Source of the DNA: Octopus sinensis
Lineage: Eukaryota
Length of the DNA: 64,000 nucleotides
NCBI RefSeq assembly: GCF_006345805.1
Contig: NW_021832869.1
Coordinates: 1-64,000 of the forward strand
Direction: 5' to 3'
Position numbers and translations under genes: made by a program. Shown in pieces: positions 46,336 through 58,180 of this stretch. The notes below the pieces were generated by a model. That model had not been told where the DNA came from. It saw nothing but the letters and a program-made list of their open reading frames with translations, and made no database searches. Positions within the stretch are counted from its first letter, which is position 1; every line of letters begins with the position of its first letter.

Positions 46336-47704
46336 ATTCCGTAAACTTGTTAATTCCTTGAAAAGGCACATTTGGATCTTTCAGAGATATTTTGAATTGC
46401 CACAGATTGATGTCCTTCTATGGTTGGATGGAAAACTGAAATTTAACATCTTATAGCTGGATGGCAAGCAGACGATGAGTTGATTCCTGTGATTTGGCAT
46501 CACAGCATATTGCATCAAGATAATATTCCTGCAAAATCGTACATACCGCGCTATTTAAGTCAAGCAAACTATTGAATTTAAGTCGAATTCCAAAATGGAA
46601 ATATTATAACTTGGTTGATAATGCTTAAAATGCATCAGTCTTTGGATCAACGCATTCATGTGAAGTTCTTTTCAGTAAATTTACGCAAACAAAAATAAAA
46701 ATCGAGTGATTGATGAACACTTAAATCAACTTCGCCGTCACCGTCTTTGCAATTTTTGTAAGGTATGTTTTGGACATATTCTATTTAAAGTTTTGATTAA
46801 ATACACAAACCAATCTTCTTACAGTCGATTAGTGCATTTTTGTTGCATTTTTATATGGTCCTTCGACAAGTATACATTATTGGATGGGGCCTATTGGTAA
46901 ATATGCACATTTTATGGCTATTCTCAATACTACACAATGAGTAATTTAAAATACCGAATTTTTAGGGGATGACTGTTTTTGGGTGACTGAAAAATGACAT
47001 TTAATGGCATGTATCTTTAATGAAAATAAGATTTGTACAGAGATTTTAAACTGTCTAGGCATGCAAAGGCATCTACATTCAAGTAACGAAAATTACTACA
47101 GAAATACAGTGCTCTAATGATTCGAAATATTTAAATATGCATATGGAAATTAACGATCCAACTCATCCAATGAGCTGTTTAGTATTCTCTTTAGCGAGTT
47201 TCCATAACAGTAACTAGCATTAATGAAATTTTGATTACAATCGCTTTAAGTTTGTTAAATTTGAGAATATTTTTTTATCTGGAAATGTAACGTTTCTTAA
47301 AATTGCATTGATGTTATATGTCCCACAGCATTTTCTCTATTGAAATTACAATTATTGAACATCCTAATTTAAATTAAGCAATTTTTTAAAAATCTGTTGT
47401 GTTAAGTTACAGTCGTTTTAAATCACAAAGTAAACAAAAAGTAGGACAAGTGAAAACATTATAATTAAAAGTCAGATTTTATTGTGAATAACTTATTTTT
47501 TGGACATTTAATTGATATATTTTTTTCGAGTGTATTTGTTAATATATATTACTTTAAACTTATTTTCCGTCAAGATCCGCACCCAGTCAGAAAGTGTATT
47601 GGCTCTGGGTAGACTGAATTTGTTGGAAACTTTCTAAATATTTTCAATGTTAAGATTTCCTATAATTGGGTTTTTAAAAGACATAAATTTACAGCCAAAT
47701 GTCG

Positions 47705-48809
47705 GGTACTTGTAGATTTCATGCTGCACGAAATAAGGCTCTAACTTAATTTTGGAAAATTTTTTTGATTAAAAATATGAAAAATTAAAAAAAATGAACA
47801 ATGCCGAATTTGTAAATATTATTATAAATTTTTTTAAATAAAATTTTGAATTCTTAACGTCTTAATGGTGTTAAGACTATACCGACAAAGTAAAAAAGTT
47901 ATTAAAGTCAAAAAAGTTCAGTTGTTTCGACGTAGTGCGACGTTCGGTGGGCGATATCCAACGATTATTGCGCCATTTTGCGCTCCCCCACATTCTCTCC
48001 ACAGTCTGAGTATGTGCACCGGTCCTCGGGTCTACAAAATTCCGCCTGTGATTGACTGTAAGGTGCACATATGCAAGAGCATTAAGATCTGGCGTTGAAT
48101 AACCTATTAACAAGAACAAAGTAATTACAATTACCCTTCCATTTGTCAGAGTATATCACTGAACCCGGTGCGATATTTCGCTGTATCGCGGCTGTCAAAG
48201 TTCTTTTCGTGCGATCTGGAACCATCTCCAGGAAACACTCATTACTTCCTCGACAGATTCCCCCAAACACCCATTGTTGAGGGAGAATCCGTCCTGCATT
48301 ATTCTTTCTTTTTGAAAACATGCATTCGTCTACTTCAACACTTTTTCCAATTCCACCTATACAATCAAATATGAGTAATATACCAATCATGTGTTCGGAC
48401 GATTAACTAAATAATCAGCACATACCTCCCGCAGGAGTGAGACCAATTACAAATAGTTTGGCTACTCCACTCCAATTGACGCTGACACCATGAAATTGTG
48501 TGTCTGTCAAGCTCCACATATAGATAAAACGAATACATGATGTAAGGGCACTGTCGTGCTTCGAGCTACGTACCTAAAATAAAGTTCCTCTTATTATACC
48601 GTTTCTGACAGAACTATAAGTTCGGCACTCGCTTTTATTGCACACCCATGTGGTATTATCTTGCTGAAAAATTTTTTTAAAAAAATTTATAATAATATTT
48701 ATAAATTCGGCATTGTTCATTTCTTTTAAAATATCATATTTTTAATCAAAAAAATTTTTCAAAATTAAGTTAGAGCCTTATTTCGTGCAGCATGAAATCT
48801 ACAAGTACC
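47705..48809 (-). mobile_element. Merlin (IS1016/IS1595-like) DNA transposon with intron-containing transposase
   Basis: ~140-bp TIRs starting GGTACTTGTAGATTTCATGC; 8-bp TSD AAATGTCG; IGGIGKSVEVDEC, WVFGG, SDKWKGY, VNH..FVDP.TGAHTQTVERMW; introns at 48357-48383 and 48104-48134. Confidence 0.92.
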
Positions 48810-49319
48810 AAATGTCGAATTGTTTGTGTGATTCTTGAATCTTTGTTGCATATTTGAAAATTCAATATTAGAGATGCAGCGTAAATAGTCCCCTTTTAAT
48901 AATTTGAACTAAATATTTAAGCCAATTTTTTCTATCGTTGGTTTTGATTGTTTTCACTTCAAATATTATGCAATTTCCTGCATCTGTCTTCTAGCACTTT
49001 CAAATAACAATAGCTATTTAGTCCATTCATTAACGCGGCATCATTCCTCAATAAATAATGAGCTGTGCGCTGATTTTTCAAAATGTTTTTTCAAACCATT
49101 AAAGTAAATAATTACATCCTTCATTATTTATCTTCTTTAAGTTTCAAATCATGGATGAATAAAACATGATTTCTTGAATGCCCACCAATAGATGTATGAT
49201 TTTTAGAGACATTTTGAATTGGGTATTTTGTGAATAAGTCGACATTTATGTACAGATCTTTAATCACTCTGATTACAACGGAAATTGATTTGAGATACTA
49301 AAGTGGATACTTTTTTTTA

Positions 49320-49698
49320 TCCGCCCACAGATGATGGCGGAAACGGAAACCGCGCTTTCCGTTCTTCCGTGACCAGGATGCCGAACGTGGCAGAATATGG
49401 AGGGTGGGCGAAGCCTTTGATTGCGTGTCGTTGTTTTGTGTTTGTCCTTGATCTTTCTCTCGATTTATTTTGCCAGTTCCAAGATTTAAAGTGTCAGTTG
49501 AAGGATTACAAAGAGGGACTGAGTCGCCTTCCTTCTTTTTTGGTGTGCAATAAAGTCGATTTACAAGACGCAAGTCGGAGATTTGATGAATTTGTTTGTT
49601 TGGAGGACACTATAATCGCCCCTGTGGCTGTCTCTGCTAAATTCGTTGTTGGTATTGCAGACTTTCTGACTAAATTACGCTCTAAACTCTTTGCTTAA
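49320..49698 (+). pseudogene. Obg-family GTPase, internally deleted
   Basis: DDGGNGN..F Gly-rich Obg fold joined directly to FVFVLDLS..NKVDL..VSAK; G1-G3 motifs missing. Confidence 0.7.
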
Positions 49699-49924
49699 TA
49701 AAATGTAGTGAAATGTGTATAAACCAGTAGAACAAAACATGCGAGAAGCCACAAATAAGGACCACTAATCTAACAGATACCTTACTCACCTTACATAGTG
49801 AGGTTGTAATCACTTAACCAAAGAAAGACTGCAATCTGTGCCGCTTAACCATGGGAAATCGGAATCACGATGACTATTAAATATATCATTCAACTAGCAC
49901 CAACTAATGAAGAGACAGCCAATT

Positions 49925-50700
49925 TGGGCAAAAAAGATGAAATAAATATAATTTTTATTGGTCATGTCAACGCAGGAAAATTGACAATTGGCGGTAACCT
50001 AATGCTCTTACAGTAATGATAAGCAAGATAACATTGGAGAAATACGAGGCAAAAGCGCGGGAACCAAACCTTGAGTCGTGGTACTCCTAACTCTAATTTC
50101 TGAGGTACCTGTGCTCTCGACACAAACCCAGAAGAGCGCGAAAAAGCAAGACTGCGAAGTGCGGTATTCCTACTTCGAAACCCCCAAAAAGAACGTGACT
50201 ATATTGGACGCTCCAGGCCACAAGGCATATGGCCCCAACATGATAAAGGGGGTAGTCAAGGAAGACATGGCAGTACTAGTAATCTCTGCGAAGTCGGGGG
50301 AGTTTGAGACAGGGTTTGACAAGGGGGTCAGACGCGGGAACATGCTATCATTGCGGAGGCTTCTGGCATTAATTATTTTGTTGTCTTTGTTAATAAAATG
50401 GACGACCCGTCTGTCACGTGCCCCGAAGAAAGGTAATTTCACACATTTTTTTTGCCAAAGGTTTAAATTTTATGACGCGAAATTAGCGCCGTTTTTGAAA
50501 TGCGTCCTCTGGATGTGTATCCCTGGTTTAGGTGTGATTGCTAAAGTAATGCAAAGAAAGTGGACTTTTCTGTATCCGTAGGACAGTCTGGAGCCGATTG
50601 ATCAAAGGCCTTACCATCCAGTCAGGTTTTTGGTGGCAGATAAAGCAATAATAATCGGGACCTTGGTTTTTCGTAAACTGGATATTATTGATTAATAATA
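49925..50700 (+). pseudogene. Eukaryotic release factor 3 (eRF3/GSPT-like) GTPase-domain fragment, frameshifted
   Basis: IIFIGHVNAGKLTIGG, TLEKYE..WY..LDTNPEERE, TILDAPGHK, VLVISAKSGEFETGFDKG, NKMDDPSV; 24- and 28-nt introns. Confidence 0.85.
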
Positions 50701-51189
50701 ATTTAAATTAATATTTTTTTAATTAAGTGGCTGTTTCGATCTCCAAAGTGATGGTGGAAGAGACTGAGGTAGAGCAGTCCAGTATAATATTTCTCTGAGA
50801 ATCCTCGTAGCCTCCGAAGTTGTTTTTGTAATTAAAAAACCAATTCAGGAAATATCAATTCGGATTTCAACATTTTCTGTCGATATTATAGACTCGACAC
50901 AGTGATCCTTTATCTTTGTTGCTCTTTTTTACTTGACAAAAATGTAATTGAATACACTTTACAACTTCATTGTGTCTTCGTAGATGGCTAAGTTCACATT
51001 TTGTTTACATTTTAAAAACAATAAAGTAGAATATGGGCAAATATATTGTCTCGACTAAACATATATAAAGGTGAATAGCTATAATTTTTAAGATTTTTTG
51101 TTAATTTTTTAGTTATATTATTTATTATACACATTGATGACAAAATAAATAGTTAAATTATAATTATGTATATTCGCTATTTTCATATA

Positions 51190-51990
51190 ATAATTATTAT
51201 TTATTTAATATGGGGTACAGTCGGAGTGATTGGGACTATTATAATATGGAACAATAATAAACCAATAAACTCTACCTATATCATTCCTTATGTCAGGTAA
51301 CATTAAATAAAAAACAACTGTTCAGTGACATGGCTAACCATCGACCGCAAAGTTCGTTTTTCTCATTATTTTTTACAATTTTGTTTCTTCACCGTTTGAT
51401 TTATATTTAATATAACAGAATTGCTTATCGCATGTATAATATTAATCTATAATCGACATAAACTGAGAATCATTCAGAAATCTCAATTTTTGAATAATAT
51501 TTTATTTCTTAATGAATTTGTGTGCACTTTTGGAATTTTAATTCCTGTCAATTTTCAGGTTTTTTTATTTTTGTTTAAAATTTAATAGTTATACCCACTT
51601 CAGAAATTACACTTCTCTGGAGCACTCATTGGGTTTATTGGGAATTTATTTGGTATTTTTATTCTTGCCAAAGTCTCTACAATGCTTTACCCACAATTTA
51701 AAACTAAAGAAGCTATTATATATGAGTGGATTTTGGCAATTCTTTTGGCTATTTCTTTTGCAATGTGTATGCGATGTGATTTTTAATATTGTAGATCTGA
51801 TATTCAATATTTTGTCAAAATATATCAACAACAATGTAAGGTTTATTTATAAAAAATAGAATTTTGTATCTGTAAGCTCGTTTTTTGAATGGATGATGCT
51901 ACCATTTACATTTCTATATTTTAGTTCTTACTATTTCGAATTTAGAGAACTTTGTGTTGAAGTTAAGTTGCACACGAATTAAACTAAAAT
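51190..51990 (+). CDS. DRAM/TMEM150 (Frag1/DRAM/Sfk1) family membrane protein, multi-exon, possibly disrupted
   Basis: IPYVSD..P.SSFF, GILIPVNFQ, LHFSGALIGF, FEWMML..YF.SY..EF match the family pattern; 29-nt intron at ~51297-51325. Confidence 0.6.
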
Positions 51991-53339
51991 AATTTTAATA
52001 ATAAATATTTATTTACACAAATTTTTTTAACACATTTAAATCAGATTTAAAGCAGGTTTGTTTAACAGTGATTAGAGCAAAATGTTGTTTTAGGAAATAC
52101 AGCTACTAACTTTGTTAATATTTCTATCAGACTATCTTTAACTACTCTCAGCAATATTTTGTGAGATGAGTATTGGCATCATATTGGCATATGCCCGATT
52201 CTTTATTTTATTTTTGGATTCAATCTGATTATTTTCAAAATATTTTTATTTTATGGAAACCTCTCTGATAAAATTGACAGGTTTGTGTATCATGTAGAAC
52301 TTTACTGATGGATTAACAGACTTCAAAGGATAAAGGAAGACAATTCATTCACGACGGTTTTGTCCATTCACCGTCATTTGTCTATGCCTAGGACAAACAG
52401 TTTGTCCGTATTTAATCAAGAGCCGACGGATTAACAGCACTAATCTGTTTAGATTCCTCAGTTTGATGGAAGACTCGGCAGAATGTTTTTTCCCGTTTAT
52501 TAGAGAGTTTATTTTGTGGCTGTAACCTGGACAGAACATTTTTATTATTCCTTGAGAGATGAATTTTTAGAATCAAAGATGATAAGAAAAATTAGATGCT
52601 GTATCGGTCAAGCAAATGACCTTCTAAAAAGTGACGAAAGCGTAAACATTAAAATTTAAGGGAAGAGATTATTTCACCAATCTCCTAGACGTATCAGGAA
52701 CAAGACATATTCGTGTAATTAAGTAAACAAATGCTCGCAAAATTAGGCCTAAGATAACCAGTATATAACTTCAATAAATTATATCAAAGCTGCTCATTTA
52801 CAAAAAATAAAACCACGGGTGCAAAACCGTAGTCGATAAATAAAGTCAGCAAATTAAGAATTATCACTTTTAGAGTTTTCGAAAGTTTACATTGTCCATT
52901 TACTTTGCTGAGTATATTTTTTACACCAGAACCTTACGAATATTAAACAAACTAAAAAACATTTATGGCAACCCCGCATAAAAAAAGACATAATATTTGA
53001 GGGAAAAAGGTTTGTAGGAATATGTAAGACTTTTGACATCACAGAAAAATCCACGTGCGTAGGTTTTAATTGTAATTTTATGTAATCCTTATGAAAAGTA
53101 CTAAAATGATAATATTAATGGAAGTACCGAATAAACATAATAGCAGGATAATGACCAAAAGGGAATAAATTCCCTTTAAATTTAATTTATTTTTATTCAA
53201 GAATTTTTTAAAAAATAAAATCAAATATAAAAATTTAACATAATTTATGTCCAGTTCAACAGATTTACTTTTTTCATGCAAAGTATTTTTATGATCTGTC
53301 TTACGTTGATTAGGATTCAAATGAAACAGACTTGTCAGT

Positions 53340-54309
53340 TTACATGAATGTGGGGAAGCTCTTTCTTCCCACCAAAGTTCATCCAAAAAGTGGGCCAGAA
53401 CAAACTCCCGATTAGTCGAAAAGAACGGAAAAATTAAATGTAGAATTTCCGGTTATAAAAAAACGTGTTATTTCCGATTTTTTGACATCTCTGCTTTTAC
53501 TGAATTGGATACAATTATTCATTTTCATCATTTCCATATACTTACTCAGTTCTGTTGTGTTTGCACTGATCTGGTACATTCTGTTTTTATACAGTGAAAC
53601 GGAATGTGTTCATAATTTAAACACTTTTTTAGGAGCAATGGTTTTTTCAATGAAAACACAAAGCACTGTTGGATACGGCCATATGTTTGTTAGTTCAAAC
53701 TGCCCTCTTTCAGGCATAGTTCTCTTATTGCAAACACTGATTGGAATTTGTTGGAATCTTTGGGTTTTGGACTTGCATTCAAAAAAATATCCAATCCGCT
53801 TTCAAGGAAAAAACTTGGATTTTTACAAAAAATGCGGTTGTTTGTAAAAGGAATCAATCAAAATATTTTATTTGTCGAATTCTTAATATCCAAAAGTCTC
53901 AAATTATAGCTTCTAATGTTAAAATGTGTCTCATTTGTTCTCAAATTACTGCCGAAGGGGAAATGATTCCTTTTCACTCTAAACGTCTTGCAACCAATTT
54001 TGATTCAAGTTCTCCTGACTCTGGCTGGCCAATAACGGTCTCTCACAAGATGACGAAAACAGCCCTCTTTACAAATACGACCAATCAAAATTCATAGCTG
54101 ATGGATGTGAAATTATCGTCACAGTGACAGGAGTCAGTGAATCGTCTGGCTATTCCGTGAAATCACCAACTTCTTACCATTCAACTGAGGTCCTTTGGGA
54201 TCATAGATTCTCGAATATATTCTCTCTTAGTGGAGTTGATTGGCATGCCGACGTAGAGAATTTTGAGAAAACAATCCCTCAAATTGAACCAAAGCTAACC
54301 CAACATTAA
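53340..54309 (+). CDS. Inward-rectifier K+ channel (Kir), apparently intronless, with frameshifts
   Basis: RLVEKNG, SDFLTSL..W, TQSTVGYG..CP, FTKNAV, EGEMIP, ITVSHK, EIIVTVTG.SES.G, SY..TEVLWDHRF. Confidence 0.88.
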
Positions 54310-54879
54310 CTCTTATTAATACAAAAAATGTATTTTATATTTTTGTGAACGAAACCCCAAGGTGTACAAACGTGAAAAAAAGATGTCCAAAAAAGTATTC
54401 CCTCATCTCACTTATATCAGTTCACTGTGGCTATGATTCCAAACAACATTTATTTGAAATGTCCCCACTAGAAACATCAATCAAATGATATTTACAAAAA
54501 ACGATCGATCAATGATTGCAGTTTAGGACACCCTCCCAGCCTCAGGGATTGCGAAACAGTTGTCACGGGTTTTAAATGACTAAAGAATGTCACAGGCTTG
54601 AAAGGACCTCCAGGCTTGAAGGGACCCACTTTGAATTAAAAAGGCAAAAATTTTACTTATTTTTATAATAATTTTAATGTTTAATTTATTATTTTAGAAT
54701 GGCTTGTCTAAAATTTTATTTTTACATATCAAATTATTTTGAATTAAAAAGGCAAAAGTAAATAGCAGAAATAAATCCTCTTTCGAAGAGAAAATGTGAA
54801 TTTAAATAAGTTCCAATTGTCTTTCTACAGACACTCTTACTAGTTAAATGTTTTATTTCATTACTCAACGTGTTAGAAG

Positions 54880-55256
54880 ATTTTTGGGATCGCACTCTAT
54901 AAGATGTAATAGAATTTCAATGTCTGTTTTCTGAAGCTTTTTAGGACGTCCGGAACCAGGAACCCTATCAGCAGTCCCATATTTTTAGGATCTTTCCTTT
55001 AATTATTGCATTTAACATTTTCTTATAAAACTCAAAATTCAACAACTAAAATATCACTCAATAAAGCAAACCGGTTTTTTATTCACACAGAAAAACTCAA
55101 ATCTTCAAAATTTTAACCGATTAATGAAACTTTTTATAAATAAAAAAATTATAAATCTAGTCAACTCCAAAAAGTTCAATTCAGTTGGAAAATTGAATGT
55201 TATCCGCCAAAAAAAGTTAGTAACTGCAAAACCGGTTTTTTTCTACCAGCACTGTA
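54880..55256 (-). mobile_element. Tc1-like 5' end fragment
   Basis: KYGTADRVPGSGRPKKL HTH region; CAGTGCTGG end next to TA at ~55255. Confidence 0.5.
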
Positions 55257-58180
55257 TAACAGATTGCATTATTTATAAGTAGTCACTTTTTTCTGCTTTA
55301 AGTGTATTTTTACTCTATTGGAGACACCATGAAGATTTTAATCGAATAATAACAATTAAGTAACATTCCATATGTGAAGACCATTTATTACACTGAATGA
55401 TTCTTTTTAACCTATGATAATTTACATTTAATTTATCAATTTATTTTAGCAAAATTTTTATGAGAAAGATAAGTCCTCTCAATCAAAATTGCTCATAACG
55501 TTTTCAGTTTATGATACTTATTGTGACAAAATGAATTATTGAACGTATAAAATATATTTGATGTTTTGATAACACTTTGTTGGTGAAAACGTCACAAGAA
55601 AGAGTATCCGAATTGTCCTAACTGATCTTACTGGTAAAAGTGTCGACTATAAACTTTATTTGTACAAATGTCCGTACATAATTGTTTAAGAAATTAAATA
55701 TTGGTGTAATCTCATGAATAATTCTTCCATAACTATTAATAAATTATTTTGATAATTCGATTTGTAATTTATTTTATCTTTATAATTTTTATTATTGATT
55801 TAAATTTGTCAACTTTAAACTACATTTTGTAGATTAATTCAAAATGATCAAAAAATTGAACTCCAAAAACCATGAAAATAAACATCCAAAACACAAAATC
55901 ATGCTTATCTAGCTACTGTTAGCTATCTAGCTACTAACAGCCTTTTTAAAATAAAATAAAAAAATAAAATCTAGCTACTGTGATTTTAGGTCCGCGTAGA
56001 ATCTAAAAAATCCGCCTTCAAACCAGATGAGTAAGAATATTTTAATCAATTTAGTCATCCGGATCACAAAAGCATCAAATGTTGAAAACAAACACTTTAA
56101 AAGTTCGAGTTTTCTAATTATCAATTTCTCTTTAACCCATTTATTGTTTTGGTTTTAATATATATAATAGTTTTATTTATTACTAATGTGTGGTCAGATA
56201 AATAATCATAGCATCTAAATTATCAGTTCTTACCCTTTTTAGCTTAAGGGTCAAATCGACAAGAAAGAGTATATTTCCGGGCCGCACAAAAAAGATTTCA
56301 TTTATTAAAAAAAGGCTTTATTACGTAATAAGAGAATCAATGTGTGGTTTGGTTTTTTTTTGGTGTCTAATATTTTATCAAAGAGAAGAGTGAAGTTCGA
56401 ATACGATGTACGTTGAATTAGATGTTCACCACTCATCGATTTCAATACTTACTTTTTATTCGCGTAAGTTTACTGAAAAGAGGTTCACGTGAATACTTTG
56501 ACTGATGCATTTTTTGAGCATTATCGACCAAGTTCGAATATTTTCATCGTGAATTACAAAAATTTTTACTCCATTCAGATTAAAATTTTTTCAACTTTTT
56601 TAACACGTTTTCAAGACATCAAAAGCAATATTAATTGAAATTTAATACAAACAATATTTCATTTAAATCACCAAAAGCCCGTGGTTTGCTCTGTAGACAT
56701 TTACAAAGCCTTTGACTCGGAGGACGGGTATTATTAAGTGTATGAAATATCTAATTAGGGTAGGTCCTTTCAAGCCTGTGACAATGGTTATAAGGACGAG
56801 AAGAATGTACTGACTGTACTCTGCTTGTGTTACATTTGATGCCGACAAAAAGAACGACTCTTCTTTCCGAGGCAATAATCGGTGCTCCATTGAAGAAAAG
56901 TATCCATTCGTGTTTAAAGTTTACAAGTTATGAGAGATATGACTACGAGGACGTGATAGAGGATGACAGTGATGACGATTCTAGTCCGACGAGAATAGAG
57001 GAATTAATCTGTATTCTGATTTGTGTCATCATTTAGCTCAATTGGAGACAATTCCAGAGGAGAATGGATCTCGAGACTTGGAATATGAACAAGTCCCAAA
57101 TGAGGGGGAAATGTCTAACACGTTCGACGATATGCAGTTGGGTGTGGAAGGAGACAGCGAGGACGAGCATTCTCATCTCATTGAAGACATCTCAGAAAGT
57201 ATTTCCGACTGGACTTGGTCTTCTTCAATCGGAATTGGTCTTTGAATGTTTTAATGTTACAGATGTGGGGGTCCAAAATTTCGACGGACTTGTCCTTGAC
57301 AATTTAATTTGGGCAGTTGAATCTGATCAAGTTTTTGGAGGGCGAGAGATTATGTCAGATGAAGAGTATCACACATTTATGATATTGTAGCCAACATATA
57401 TTATTCGTACATGTACAGTCTTGTCGTGGTGGATGCTGCACAGTCTATGTCGTTGGCAGGGATGTCGGCCTCCAAGTGCTCACTCTCAAGATAATTTCAT
57501 TCGACGACTCGAAGGAATCTCTGAGTGGGAGTATTGGGCAAATTTGGTCACGAGTTCTCAATGTGTTTGAATCCCTTTGAATTCGTTTTGGTATTGAAAT
57601 GTGGGACAGTGGGCAACGTACAAAGCGCTCAACTGAAGACAGGGGCGATAACTCGGAGGGAGTCACTCTGAAAGATCAGTGCCCTCTGATGTACTCCCAG
57701 ATAGTCTGACTCGTCTGTTACAATTGATGAGGTCTCAGTCGAACAAGCAATATGGACAGATGCTCACCTCACTCAATTTAGGGTCACATCTCCATTACGC
57801 TTTCTTTTTTAATTCCATTGCCTATTTCTACCAAGTACTCCAAAACACAGTTAATTGCTCGGAAAACTCCCTCTATGACAGGGTTATTGCTTTTTTGTAT
57901 TTTAGTTTTTTAAAGGGAAGTGTCAGTCTAATTCAGAATACAAAGTTACTTATATTCTTGCGCTGAATATAACAGACACGTTCAAGTCTGATCCTTGAAC
58001 AGCAACTGGAAGCAATTATTAAAGAACAAAAGATGACTGAGGAGAGTAAAAAAAGGAAAATGACTGACATAAGGTGGGTCGAGGGCCTCTCTCTCACAAC
58101 CAAAGGCCATTTTGTCCCTTTGCCCATTCTTATAAACAGACTGCAGTACTTTCAACTCCTTTTTTCCCATCTCCTTAATC

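Noticed and set aside
54590-54630. Collagen-like GLKGPPGLKGP
   Set aside because: Only about four triplets with no surrounding ORF.
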